Source of the DNA: Ylistrum balloti
Lineage: Eukaryota
Direction of reading: 5' to 3'
NCBI RefSeq assembly: GCF_031769215.1
Contig: NW_026782224.1
Span: 1,736,001 to 1,800,000, forward strand
Length of the DNA: 64,000 bases
Positions 35,723-50,224 of this stretch are shown one piece after another; within the stretch, counting starts at the first letter, position 1; every line of letters begins with the position of its first letter. Made by a program: the position numbers and the translations under genes. The notes beneath the pieces were generated by a model. That model was not told the origin of the DNA. It was given only the letters and a program-made list of their open reading frames with translations, and made no database searches.

Positions 35723-36712
35723 GAATATATTATTTCATTTCTATTTTTCAGTCCGGTGAAGATTATTGTCCAAAGTCTTAACTGGAATCAACTTAATCAC
35801 ATGTACAAGTTTCTATCTATCTGAACATCATTTATGTCTCAATTTTTTTCAGTCTGAAATATGAAAAGGATTTCATTGTTTCTTCTGAAAATGTCTATAC
35901 ACTACACTAGCATATCAAATTATTTCAACATCGTCTGGACATCGGTTCTGGACCATTATGTATTTCTGAATGGTCATTTTGTCAAGGCATATCACATGTA
36001 CTATTGACTTCTGTTACCTCACACCAGGATAATTTTGGTTGTTGTAACATTTCACACCTCCAGATTGAACAGTGATTGAAACCATCGACCATAAAATATT
36101 CTGTTAATATTCTTCATACACATTTTCACATGTCAAACATACTCCCAGACATAATAAATAACCAATCAATCCATCCTTGGATGCTAGTGTTGTGTTGTCA
36201 TTTGCCAAATGAATAAAAATCTGTCATGAATGATAGGCCATGCCTTCTTGCAATTTTTTGGCTACTGAAGTCCAAACATGCACGTCTTATATTGGAAATG
36301 TAACTTAAAAACTAAAAAATAAAATCTTGAAACTAAAAGACTAAACTCAGAAAAGGTGCACACATCAACACAGATATACACCATTTTCGCTCCATTACTT
36401 ATTTTGAATTTTTCTGTAACAGGAGGTAATTTCCGTTTTAATGACGATTTTATTAATACACATGTACTTCTGGGTCACTTTATGCTATATTAAGCGTATC
36501 TGGAATTTATCGATGTCATCAGAAACGGAGGTGCATTCTAATGTCCGATACACATGCCAATCATTTCAGGTGAGTGAATTTGAGGTCAGATTTGTGGATG
36601 TTTTTCATGAAAATACTGGTGTTTCACCAACCAGTTTTTAAAAATAAATTTTATAATATGACCATATTTGAATTTATTTATGAATGTGTTTGGTGGCAGT
36701 TCACTGACATAC

Positions 36713-37160
36713 CGTAACTAGCGTGAAATGGTTTTCAAAGGATCCGAAACTAATGCGTCAATGATATATTAAACAGCATTTCGTTGATTGATTACTTAAC
36801 ACCTCAAAAGAGAGCGCTATCATTCCCCCAGCGCCCATAGTTCTTAGCTTGCCTCAAGGCTGCGACGATCATATGCTTCAATCAATCATTGTATAAAATA
36901 AATTGTATGTTTTTTCTTTTAAAACGTCGAATATGACAAGAAAATACGTTACCGTAAAGAGTTGTGTTACCGAAGGTTACAAAATATTTACTCGTATTTT
37001 ACCGCCAGTCTTTTCTGTAAACACGGGAGAGTTCCAAACTCTAAATTTCACGCGAGACTTGGAGGAAGTGACGTCATCAGTTGCTATCAAACAAGAGGTT
37101 GACATGTTGTTTTGACATGGTAAGAATGTAAATCAGCTGGAAATTCCGAAGGTAAGCATA
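36713..37160. promoter_or_regulatory. Putative bidirectional promoter, orphan gene (minus) / CFAP97 (plus)
   Basis: Minus donor TTACG|GTATGT at 36713/36712 (likely non-coding exon 1, spliced to the acceptor at 35169). CpG-retaining interval. CFAP97 ATG at 37161. Confidence 0.45.
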
Positions 37161-40100
37161 ATGGCTGTTATTGGTGGGGTGACGGACTTCACTGCCGATG
37201 TGTTTGATTTCTTTGATACGCCACGGAACGAGGATAATCACATTCAAGAGAACACAAAGCCAGGAAAGGCAACAGGTAAACCTGGCAAAGAACCACCAAA
37301 ACCACCCAAACATGACGTTTTTCGTGCACAAAAGAATAAGGCAAGGAACAGCAGGCGATCACATGGAAATTCTGATTCGTCTCATTCGAGTGACAGTGAC
37401 ACGAGTGATATCGAGACAGATTCTGTTGTTAGTTACAAAAGTGCAGAACGAGTGAAGAACGACAGATCGAGCCCGGCAGTGGTGGTAAAGGGAGAGACTT
37501 ACAGCGACGACAGCTTTACGGACAGCTCCAGTGCTTATTCAGACGAATCGACAGATGATGAGGAGGACATTATAGAAACAGAGCGAGAGAGATTCAGGCA
37601 GAGGAACGAATCAAAAGAGTCTAAATCTAACAGACCTTCGGATTTACAGGTACACAAAACACCTGTACATGAGACGGATTCATCCAAGGAGGCATGGTCA
37701 TCCGGTGGAATTCACAAGGTAGAAATACATCCACAAAGGTCTGATGTGGAGGATGAGGATGATCGTGTATCCAACAGACCCAGACCTAAGAGTTCAAAAC
37801 CGAGAAGTCAAGGAAACAATGAGCGTTTATTCCGTGAAAGATCAAAGTCTGGTTCAGATAGTGAAATGACTGACGTTTCCCCATTGCCATCACCTAAACA
37901 CTCCCCTCGCTCACATAATGGACATGATAATGTGCAATATGATGATGTACCTAATATAAAACTAGAAAATAAGCAGTTGGATCTCAGTGTTCTCATGGAT
38001 GCTGTTCAGGAAATAGAACGAGAGCAACAAAGACGAGAGAGACTAAAAATAAACTCACGCAGGGTAATGTTTGCACCTCCCAAGGCTCGGCAAACACCTG
38101 AACATGGAAACTTTACATATGATCAAGATCGTGCTAAAACCATAGAGAAAGAAAACCAGAGACTCTTGAAAGAAATTATGAAGCATGTGGGTCCAAAGAA
38201 GAAACAACCTCAACGGGTAGCAGCAGAGCCATTTGTTCAAAGACTGACACCCTCTGCAGTGAACAGGAAGAGGGATCAGCGTCGCATTGAGTCAGAAAAT
38301 TTGGTAGGTTTACAATCAGAAAATGCTTTAGTGGGGATATTAAAAGTCATTAAACAGGGAATGTAGTAATGGTATAGTTGTTGCAATACAAAATAGTAAA
38401 AGAATCAATAACGGGCGATCAACTGGATATTCTGACTGCACATAAAGCCACTTCATACTCCACACATTAGGGGATTAGCTGTTTTAATCTTTTAGGCCAG
38501 TACAATAAGATAAGACAGACTTGTGAAATGGAAGCTAAAAATACAGCATGGTGTACTCCGTGTGTTTTCTTACCTTTTATACAGATACCTATGGGACATT
38601 CTTTGATTAAATGAAATCCATCATTTTGTCCCAAAGATAGCACTTATCCCCTCCTTTAGAAAGTGCTTTCATGTCTGGTTTAATTGTTTGACCAGCAATG
38701 AATTAGATTTGTTCTTATGAACAAAACATTCTTATGATCAAATGTTACATTCTTTAGAGTTTTCAACAATTAGATGAATTTTATACAAAACATTTGGTCT
38801 ATAAGTATATGGATAAAGTTAGCATTGTAGTCGTTTAAGATATTATTTAATTATCATAGTGAATCTAATGTTATAGCTTGAGCAAGATGTAGTTAAAGAA
38901 ACAGCAGAAGAGAGTATGTAATAATCAGCTTTTATGATATTGGGAGTGAGGAGGTTATGCTTTGAAATACCTATGGACAGCTGTAGTTCTGTCTAGGTGT
39001 TGTGTTTTGGTTACAGCCTTACAACTAAGTACAGGCTATCAGTAAATTATATATACACCCATTGAGTTTGTTGAGTCATTTGATAAATTACTTTTTTTAA
39101 AGATCTATGCAAACTCTCAACAATGTGTAAACTGTCCCTATTATATGTTTTGATATGAATTGTATACATTCTATATTCATATGAAAATGTTATGGATAGA
39201 ACTAATCCAACCCAGGAAATTTCTCTGTTATGGAGTATATTGTGTTGGATGTTATTGATATGAATTATCATATTATGACTATTGTTACTTCTTGAAATAT
39301 AGGGGTATGTAGTATTAAGTAAATAGGGAGTTTAGGATAGGGGTACATGATGGGGTCTATATGGGCATATAGCATTGGCTGTAGAGAGGGTATATGGTAT
39401 ATATGATTAGGTGTATAGGGAGAATGGGATATGAGTTATAGGGGTTTAGAACCGATTCTATAGGGGGTATATGATTTAGGGATATAAAGGGATATAGGGT
39501 TGGTTCTGTAGGGGTATAGAGTTGGTTCTGTAGGGATAGGGGTATAGGGTTGGCTCTGTATGGGTAGGGGTATAGGGTTGGTTCTGTAAGGGTATAGGGT
39601 TGGTTCTGTAGGGGTATAGAGTTGGTTCTGTAGGGATAGGGGTATAGGGTTGGTTCTGCAGGGATAAAGGGTTGGCTCTGTATGGGTAGGGGTATAGGGT
39701 TGGTTCTGTATGGGTAGGGGTATAGGGTTGGTTCTGTATGGGTATAGGGTTGGTTCTGTAGGGGTACAGGGTTGGTTCTGTAGGGGTATAGGGTTGGTTC
39801 TGTAGGGGTATAGGGTTGGTTCTGTAGGGATATAGGGTTGGTTCTGTATGGGTAGGGGTATAGGGTTGGTTCTGTAGGCGGTATAGGGTTGGTTCTGTAG
39901 GGATATAGGATTGGTTCTGTAGGGGTATAGGATTGGTTCTGTAGGGGTAGAGGATATGGTTTAGATAGGGATTTGTGATTGGATTTGTAGGGTGTATATG
40001 GTTGTACAGGATTGTGTATATGGGGTAGGCTGTAAAGGATTAGGTCTATAGTGTATATGAGGTTTTGGTCTAAAAAGGTGTTCAGGATTAGGTCCTTTTA

Positions 40101-43100
40101 TCACACTTCAGTTTCAGCATATTTACCTATAATTATCACCAGCAAAACATCTTACATATTAAATTAGGTTCTGTCGATGTATTTGTTCATGCATTTGTGT
40201 ATGGGCATTTTCTGGACCAGAGCTCTGAAACCATTCAAAATATAAATAAACTTAGAAGATTGGAAAACTTTACCAGTTAACAAACTATACTTTAGCATTG
40301 CCATTTTGGCAATGGAGCTATCCATTAAAACCTTTTTTTAGGTTACCATGAAAACAGAAAGGCCAAATTACAAATTTCAGTTTTACAGGATACTGTTGTA
40401 AACTGTGCACTGTTATCTAGCTAGTACTCTGCAAAGTAAGGTAATTAGCCGATTAAGTTAGTGGTTCTGCTAATACTTCTACTATAAACTCGTACATTAT
40501 CCTGTGGAGCAGAGTATAACAGTACATGTTGATGTACATTTTATTGTTATTGGTTCAATCCGACCTGCTAATTGTACTGAAAACAGTGCAGATCCTTTAT
40601 TGTGTTTAATCTTATGTATGCGTACCTGAAATGATATTTTCTAAACAGACCAGCAGACGTCAAGTTGGTCTCTGTGTTGTGATGTTGCCTTGGATATGTC
40701 GGAAAATGTGAAGGGTTTGGGCACACCTTGTTAAATAATTACACTGAGGTGTTGACTTACGCATTAAATATGATCAGTTAAGAAGGATTTACATGATGTT
40801 GTCTGTCTGTTCTAGTTACCAGGTATTTTGTTCGGATTGTTAAAACTGTCAAATACAAATAATAGATTTCAGACTTATCATGTCAGTGAACATTACATTG
40901 CATGTTTTAAAAATTGGAAAGAAAACTTGAGAACATTTATTTCTATATTTTTTTCAAAAACCTAGATCATTTATCAAGAACATGTGCACTTAAACACCAC
41001 TATTTAGTTGGTCATGTCCGTATATAGAGGTGGTGTTTATGTAAATGATTCTGAATTGTTTGGTCTGTGTATGCAGTTTGAAAAACAGAGACAACATCAC
41101 TAGATAAGTGCACTTATTAAAATATTTGCAATAAATTACTAGCTGTTATCAATTCAAGAAAAGTCAGAATCAAAATGTCGGATGTTAATCTTTGAATTCT
41201 TATTCAGTTATATTGATGTACCATGTTTTATATTTTGTACATATGTTATGGACATATGACATGGTACAGAGTGATTTGCTATAGAGTATGGTACTTGGAC
41301 ATATGCCATGGTACAGAGTGAAGGTTTACTTGCACTGTGCTTCTCTTTATCTATACATGAAGGTTTACATGCACTGTGCTTCTCTTTATCTATACATGAA
41401 GTTTTACCTGCACTCTGCTTCTCTTTATCTATACATGAAGGTTTACCTGCACTGTGCTTCTCTTTATCTATACATGAAGGTTTACCTGCACTGTGCTTCT
41501 CTTTATCTATACATGAAGGTTTACCTGCACTGTGCTTCTCTTTATCTATACATGAAGGTTTACCTGCACTGTGCTTCTCTTTATCTATACATGAAGGTTT
41601 ACCTGCACTGTGCTTCTCTTTATCTATACATGAAGGTTTACCTGCACTGTGCTTCTCTTCATCTATACATGAAGGTTTACCTGCACTGTGCTTCTCTTTA
41701 TCTATACATGAAGGTTTACCTGCACTGTGCTTCTCTTTATCTATACATGAAGGTTTACCTGCACCGTGCTTCTCTTTATCTATACATGAAGGTTTACCTG
41801 CACCGTGCTTCTCTTTATCTATACGTGAAGGTTTACCTGCACTGTGCTTCTCTTTATCTATACATGAAGGTTTACCTGCACTGTGCTTCTCTTTATCTAT
41901 ACATGAAGTTTTACCTGCACTGTGCTTCTCTTTATCTATACATGAAGGTTTACCTGCACTGTGCTTCTCTTCATCTATACATGAAGGTTTACCTGCACTG
42001 TGCTTCTCTTTATCTATACATGAAGGTTTACCTGCACTGTGCTTCTCTTTATCTATACATGAAGGTTTACCTGCACCGTGCTTCTCTTTATCTATACATG
42101 AAGGTTAACCTGCACTCTGCTTCTCTTTATCTATACATGAAGGTTTACCTGCACTGTGCTTCTCTTTATTTGTACATGAAGTTTTACCTGCACTGTGCTT
42201 GTCTTCACTAAAGAACATACCGGTAAGGGTTCATCATGTACACTAGAACTGTTACTGACTTCATCTCATTTCTCTTTGTATTGTATTGGTACAGTTGTGT
42301 ACATATGAAATATTGATGAGCAAGATCATTCCCTGGAATATATAACAGGGAATGTCATACTATGTATATCTACACTGATTCCAGATTATTTATAGAATCA
42401 CCATTTGATATAATTCAGATGTTGCTGTTATGATGCACATAATTGGTGATGATAATAGGTCAAGTGGTAAGTCTCTAGGTAATGGTAGATGTGAGGTAAA
42501 TTTCTAGTAAAGGTGCCAGTAGGTGTAGGATTGACTTGGAATTTTCAGGACAGGTACCAGTAGGTGTAGGATTGACTAGGAATTCTCTAGTAAAGGTACC
42601 AGTAGGTGTAGGATTGACTTGGAATTCTCAGGACAGGTACCAGTAGGTGTAGGATTGACTTGGAATTCTCAGGACAGGTACCAGTAGGTGTAGGATTGAC
42701 TAGGAATTCTCAGGACAGGTACCAGTAGGTGTAGGATTGACTTGGAATTCTCAGGACAGGTACCAGTAGGTGTAGGATTGACTTGGAATTCTCAGGACAG
42801 GTACCAGTAGGTGTAGGATTGACTTGGAATTCTCAGGACAGGTACCAGTAGGTGTAGGATTGAGTAGAAATTATCTAGTATTGGTACCAGTATTATATAG
42901 GATTGTACTAAGTCTCTGTCTACAGTCCTGCATTATATAGGATTGTACTAAGTCTCTGTCTACAGTCCTGTACTATATAGGATTGTACTAAGTCTCTGTC
43001 TACAGTCCTGTATTATATAGGATTGTACTAAGTCTCTGTCTACAGTCCTGTATTATATAGGATTGTACTAAGTCTCAGTCTACAGTCCTGTATTATATAG

Positions 43101-46100
43101 GATTGTACTAAGTCTCTGTCTACAGTCCTGTATTATATAGGATTGTACTAAGTCTAAGTCTACAGTCCTGTATTATATAGGATTGTACTAAGTCTAAGTC
43201 TACAGTCCTGTATTATATAGGATTGTACTAAGTCTAAGTCTACAGTCCTGTATTTTATAGGATTGTACTAAGTCTAAGTCTACAGTCCTGTATTATATAG
43301 GATTGTACTAAGTCTCTGTCTACAGTCCTGTATTATATAGGATTGTACTAAGTCTAAGTCTACAGTCCTGTATTATATAGGATTGTACTAAGTCTCTGTC
43401 TACAGTCCTGTATTATATAGGATTGTACTAAGTCTAAGTCTACAGTCCTGTATTATATAGGATTGTACTAAGTCTAAGTCTACAGTCCTGTATTATATAG
43501 GATTGTACTAAGTCTAAGTCTACAGTCCTGTATTTTATAGGATTGTACTAAGTCTAAGTCTACAGTCCTGTATTATATAGGATTGTACTAAGTCTCTGTC
43601 TACAGTCCTGTATTATATAGGATTGTACTAAGTCTCTGTCTACAGTCCTGTATTATATAGGATTGTACTAAGTCTAAGTCTACAGTCCTGTATTATATAG
43701 GATTGTACTAAGTCTAAGTCTACAGTCCTGTATTATATAGGATTGTACTAAGTCTCTGTCTACAGTCCTGTATTATATAGGATTGTACTAAGTCTAAGTC
43801 TACAGTCCTGTATTATATAGGATACACTAAGACATAAGACATACATTGGGACTATGGGAATGTCAAACAGATGTGTGGCTATTCCCAGTTCTAGTGTCCA
43901 TTAGTCAATATTAAACCTGTCTTGTCACGAACGTGTGTATATCCATACATAAACAACTGACACTACCTGTATACAAAATAACTCCTGGTTCCTAATGGTG
44001 TTGATAACTAAATTTGTCCACATATCAAACTCTATAACAATAGACTTTGTTATCAGTTCTAGGATGTTTAATCAACCAGTCACTGTATACCCTGACCTCC
44101 AGACAATAGCCACACACACCATTGTCATTACTCAGTCAACCCAGTACAATTCGTGTCTTTCATTTGCTATTAGAATTCAAAGCTTGATGAACTTCAAAAC
44201 AGTCACAAATAGCAATTTTGTATTTTGTGAAATTGTTTTGAAATCTTGAAAAAGGAGTATGTAAAGTTTGTGACATGTAGTACATGTATATATGTCTAAA
44301 ATAATCACTTAATTGAAATTCTGGAGTTAAGTTATTACACATTATAGATAGGTTATTGTTGGGAAATCACTTTAAAACCATAATTGGTTATTGATTAAAG
44401 TCAAACAGGCTTTTTAATGTAGTTAGCCATGAACGGCTCGGTGAAAGGCGAGTGCTTTACCACTGTGCCACAGATATTCAAAAAAATTGAATGCATTTTT
44501 TTTATGGCAGTCATAGTTCTTCTTTTGTATCTTTTACCAAAGAGGGTATTATTGGTTAATTGGTTCTAGAGTGACGAGGATTCCTGACAAGCTGGTCCTG
44601 TTACTGTGTATGCCTATATAAACTTATGATTTCCATAAATGAGGAATTCCAATGGTTTTTTTTTACTGGAATATGTTAACAGTGAATCTGTTCAACTATG
44701 ACATGTCCAGACTAAACACCACATCAGTTTGCACACTGATTAGATGGCCTTGGTCAAACAAAACTTTTACTTTATTTTAAGTTATCTTGCACAATGCAAA
44801 TTTCACTATGCACAACAAAAAACACCAAGCAATAAATGTTCTGTTGATGACAGGCAATTGCAGAACTTGGTTCTACATTGTGTAATGAATTAAAATGCTG
44901 CGTTATATGATGATTGAAAACCGGTTATGTAAAACACTGGGCCTTGGTGTGTATAGTGAACTCTTTCGGGATGTTGACTTTATCGTGTTTGGCTGTCAAG
45001 TCAAACATTTGAACAAGTCATATAAAATGAACGTCATCTAGGTACTTGCTGACTTGAATGTGGAAATTAAATGTCAGAAAATATGATCTGATGTCGTGCT
45101 GGCAGTATAGATTGGAGACCAGTACATGACCTTACAGGACAACTCAATATATCGTGTCGAATAGGTTGATCATTGTACGCAAACTATACTAAATCACTTA
45201 GAATACATTCAGTTCATGTAAAATGTGTATACCTTTACTATATGTTCGTGGCCTTGGGTAATTCAGGTAGGATAAATACTTAAGTAGATCTGTCTGAAAG
45301 GAATTATCAAAAGGTAGGGTTGACTTTGACAACTGATAATGATCCTTCAACACTCCGTGCTAAAACCTTTTACACACAGACATTTAACTGGCACTATATG
45401 TATTTCACAATCCCATGCACACCTGCATGTACACACTGTCCATGTTATGTTTCATCCTGAAATCACTGTATCTTCTTTACCATGGTAACTTAATGAGCTT
45501 TACATGTACTCACTAATAGCTGGGGAGAAGGACAAGGGTGTTATAGGGGAAAAGTGATAACTAAAGAGTGATTACATCAGGATGTTATAGAAATATATGA
45601 CTAAAGAGTGATTACATCAGGATGTTATAGAAATATATGACTAAAGAGTGATTACATCAGGATGTTATAGAAATATATGACTAAAGAGTGATTACATCAG
45701 GATGTTATAGAAATATATGACTAAAGAGTGATTACATCAGGATGTTATAGAAATATATGACTAAAGAGTGATTACATCAGGATGTTATAGAAATATATGA
45801 CTAAAGAGTGATTACATCAGGATGTTATAGAAATATATGACTAAAGAGTGATTACATCAGAATGTTATAGAAATATATGACTAAAGAGTGATTACATCAG
45901 GATGTTATAGAAATATATGACTAAAGAGTGATTACATCAGGATGTTATAGAAATATATGACTAAAGAGTGATTACATCAGGAAGTTATAGAAATATAAGA
46001 ATAAAGAGTCAATAAATCAGGAGGTTATAGAAATATATGACTAAAGAGTGATTACATCAGGATGTTATAGAAATATATGACAAAAGAGTGATTACATCAG

Positions 46101-49100
46101 GATGTTATAGAAATATATGACTAAAGAGTGATTACATCAGGATATTATAGAAATATATGACTAAAGAGTGATTACATCAGGATGTTATAGAAATATATGA
46201 CTAAAGAGTGATTACATCAGGATGTTATAGAAATATATGACTAAAGAGTGATTACATCAGGATGTTATAGAAATATATGACTAAAGAGTGATTACATCAG
46301 GATGTTATAGAAATATATGACTAAAGAGTGATTACATCAGGATGTTATAGAAATATATGATAACTAAAGAGTGATTACATCAGGATGTTATAGAAATATA
46401 TGATAACTATAGAGTGATTACATCAGGATGTTATAGAAATATATGATAACTAAAGAGTGATTACATCAGGATGTTATAGAAATATATGACAAAAGAGTGA
46501 TTACATCAGGATGTTATAGAAATATATGACTAAAGAGTGATTACATCAGGATATTATAGAAATATATGACTAAAGAGTGATTACATCAGGATGTTATAGA
46601 AATATATGACTAAAGAGTGATTACATTAGGATGTTATAGAAATATATGACTAAAGAGTGATTACATCAGGATATTATAGAAATATATAACAACTATAGAG
46701 TGATTACATCAGGATGTTATAGAAATATATGACTAAAGAGTGATTACATCAGGATATTATAGAAATATATGACTAAAGAGTGATTACATCAGGATGTTAT
46801 AGAAATATATAACAACTAAAGAGTGATTACATCAGGATGTTTTAGAAATATATGACTAAAGAGTGATTACATCAGGATGTTATAGAAATATATGACTAAA
46901 GAGTGATTACATCAGGATGTTATAGAAATATATGACTAAAGAGTGATTACATCAGGATGTTATAGAAATATATGACTAAAGAGTGATTACATCAGGATGT
47001 TATAGAAATATATGACTAAAGAGTGATTACATCAGGATGTTATAGAAATATATGACTAAAGAGTGATTACATCAGGATGTTATAGAAATATATGACTAAA
47101 GAGTGATTACATCAGGATGTTATAGAAATATATAACAACTAAAGAGTGATTACATCAGGATGTTATAGAAATATATGACTAAAGAGTGATTACATCAGGA
47201 TGTTATAGAAATATATGACTAAAGAGTGATTACATCAGGATGTTATAGAAATATATGACTAAAGAGTGATTACATCAGGATGTTATAGAAATATATGACT
47301 AAAGAGTGATTACATCAGGATGTTATAGAAATATATGACTAAAGAGTGATTACATCAGGATGTTATAGAAATATATGACTAAAGAGTGATTACATCAGGA
47401 TGTTATAGAAATATATAACAACTAAAGAGTGATTACATCAGGATGTTATAGAAATATATGACTAAAGAGTGATTACATCAGGATGTTATAGAAATATATA
47501 ACAACTAAAGAGTGATTACATCAGGATGTTATAGAAATATATGACAACTAAAGAGTGATTACATCAGGATGTTATAGAAATATATGACAACTAAAGAGTG
47601 ATTACATCAGGATGTTATAGAAATATATGACAAAAGAGTGATTACATCAGGATGTTATAGAAATATATGACTATAGAGTGATTACATCAGGATGTTATAG
47701 AAATATATGACTAAAGAGTGATTACATCAGGATGTTATAGAAATATATAACAACTAAAGAGTGATTACATCAGGATGTTATAGAAATATATGACTAAAGA
47801 GTGATTACATCAGGATGTTATAGAAATATATGACTAAAGAGTGATTACATCAGGATGTTATAGAAATATATGACTAAAGAGTGATTACATCAGGATGTTA
47901 TAGAAATATATAACAACTAAAGAGTGATTACATCAGGATGTTATAGAAATATATGACTAAAGAGTGATTACATCAGGATGTTATAGAAATATATAACAAC
48001 TAAAGAGTGATTACATCAGGATGTTATAGAAATATATGACTAAAGAGTGATTACATCAGGATGTTATAGAAATATATAACAACTAAAGAGTGATTACATC
48101 AGGATGTTATAGAAATATATGACAAAAGAGTGATTACATCAGGATGTTATAGAAATATATGACTAAAGAGTGATTACATCAGGATGTTATAGAAATATAT
48201 GACTAAAGAGTGATTACATCAGGATGTTATAGAAATATATATAAAGAGTGATTACATCAGGATGTTATAGAAATATATGACTAAAGAGTGATTACATCAG
48301 GATGTTATAGAAATATATAACAATTAAAGAGTGATTACATCAGGATGTTATAGAAATATATGACTAAAGAGTGATTACATCAGGATGTTATAGAAATATA
48401 TAACAACTAAAGAGTGATTACATCAGGATGTTATAGAAATATATGACAAAAGAGTGATTACATCAGGATGTTATAGAAATATATGACTAAAGAGTGATTA
48501 CATATGTTATAGAAATATATGACTAAAGAGTGATTACATCAGGATGTTATAGAAATATATAACAACTAAAGAGTGATTACATCAGGATGTTATAGAAATA
48601 TATGACTAAAGAGTGATTACATCAGGATGTTATAGAAATATATGACTAAAGAGTGATTACATCAGGATGTTATAGAAATATATGACTAAAGAGTGATTAC
48701 ATCAGGATGTTATAGAAATATATGACTAAAGAGTGATTACATCAGGATGTTATAGAAATATATGATAACTAAACAGTGATTACATGATCTACAATTATGG
48801 CATAGTATTGTTGTTGTGAAAATGAAACAAAGGTGTTACATTTCTGATGGTGTCAATGTTGTTGTCAACATTTCACTTGAAGAGTTTCTCTGTAAGATAT
48901 TTAACTCAAAAAATGAATTCTTAGTTTTAACCAAAACTTGGCTTTATCACATATCTGAAAATTAAGGATACAGAGAAGTAGGTCTTCAAAGTTTTACATT
49001 TAATTCAGTTTCTCACAAAGTACAAGTGCTATTTCAATCCATCTGACACCAGAACAGGGGAAGGTTGTAAATTGAAGTGTTATTTGCTTTTTGCTTCAAA

Positions 49101-50050
49101 ACTTATACTAAAAGATTAGGACAGAAGAGATATGTATTTATGCATGATTCTTGTGAAAATATCTATTACGCCATACACTTTGGAGAGTATTTTCTATGTT
49201 TTTCATTATATAGCAGTTGTATGATGTTCTTGCAGCTAAACTTTGAGATAACATCAGTACACATATACATGTTGAGGCTTGCAAGGTTGGAAAAAATTAA
49301 TCATTCACCAGTAGGGGAAATAGTGACATTCACCAAACACTCTGCAAGTCTTACGATTTGCTATTTAAGAATCTTCCCCCGTGGGTTGAGATCCTGTTGT
49401 AGGGATGAAAATTCTGTTACAGATGATGTCACAACACATAGAAAAATTATATGAAATTACTGGTCAGTTAGCACTGAAGTATTATCAACATTTGTATGTA
49501 GGTAATGGGTTGTAGATTTTATCTGTTTGTTTATATGGAGGTTAGTCCAAGTCATTTTGTGCTTTAATTGTTAATTATTGATGTGGATATAAACGTAAAT
49601 TTATTTGTAGATGTTTGTTGATGTGGACGAGACATAACTCTAATAAATTTATTTTGTACATTTCAGCAAATGCTAAAGCGCCTCCAGTCAACTCAGTCAA
49701 CACGTGGAATGTCTCGCAATGAACAGCTTAGTGATTACAAACGCACCGTCTTGTACGGGGTTCCTGTGGCAGCTGTCCAACCATATGAGGGCACCATGGG
49801 TCAGCGCACACGCAGCCTTACCAGTGTCTTCAGCAGTACCACAAACTCCACCATGCGCAGTAAGAGGTCAAGGCCTGGAAGTGCTAAGTCCACAACAAGC
49901 ACCCTCCGTCCAGGCAGTGCGAAGTCCATTAATAGTTTACGACCGGGCAGCGCAAAGTCAGTGCGCTCAATGTGCAGCAGTAATCATCTGAGGAGCAGTA
50001 AATCTGTAGATACTCGTCCTGCTTGGAATGACAGATTTTCTTATACTTGA
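37161..50050 (+). CDS. CFAP97: Cilia- and flagella-associated protein 97 (KIAA1430/UPF0501 family), 2 coding exons, 508 aa
   Basis: Exons 37161-38303 (donor TTG|GTAGGT) and 49667-50050 (acceptor TTTCAG|CAA), phase 0, 11.4-kb intron. Motifs FDFFD, MTDVSPL, LDLSVLMDAV, NFTYDQDRAKTIEKENQRLLKEI and SAVNRKRDQRRIESENL-QMLKRLQS...MSRNEQLSDY match recalled human CFAP97. Start codon less certain. Confidence 0.9.
39480..39955. repeat. ~22-bp G-rich minisatellite, ~20 copies, CFAP97 intron
   Basis: TAGGGTTGGTTCTGTAGGGGTA with length variants. Confidence 0.9.
41319..42200. repeat. 39-bp minisatellite, ~22 copies
   Basis: TGAAGGTTTACCTGCACTGTGCTTCTCTTTATCTATACA. Confidence 0.96.
42513..42875. repeat. 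41-bp minisatellite, ~8-9 copies
   Basis: GGTACCAGTAGGTGTAGGATTGACTTGGAATTCTCAGGACA. Confidence 0.93.
42891..43823. repeat. 40-bp minisatellite, ~23 copies
   Basis: TATTATATAGGATTGTACTAAGTCT(CT/AA)GTCTACAGTCCTG; abuts the 41-bp array. Confidence 0.96.
44435..44471 (-). mobile_element. Short tRNA-derived SINE head fragment
   Basis: Minus strand GTGGCACAGTGGTAAAGCACTCGCCTTTCACCGAGCC has an A-box-like start and a tRNA 5'-half pattern. No B box or body seen. Confidence 0.35.
45556..48786. repeat. 40-bp minisatellite, ~80 copies (largest array), with interspersed 43-bp variants
   Basis: CTAAAGAGTGATTACATCAGGATGTTATAGAAATATATGA; variants insert TAA/CAA before CTAAAG. Confidence 0.97.
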
Positions 50051-50224
50051 TCTGGTGTCTAGAGTGTGGTTCGTCACTGCATTTCTGTGCTGCACCCTGC
50101 ATAGTCCTTCATATTAAGCCTTAGTGCTTTAGTAGTAGTTATGTACTTGTAAGGTAATCAAGGTAAATGTACATGCTTGATATTAGCTGGAAAACACAGG
50201 CTTTGTACCTGTCAGAAAGGTCAA

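Noticed and set aside
41288-42211. 307-aa and 266-aa repeat ORFs, and a possible antisense 20-nt micro-exon with a CAG|GTAAAC donor array at ~42190-42210
   Set aside because: The 39-bp unit gives open frames trivially. No other exons of an antisense gene could be found to support the micro-exon.
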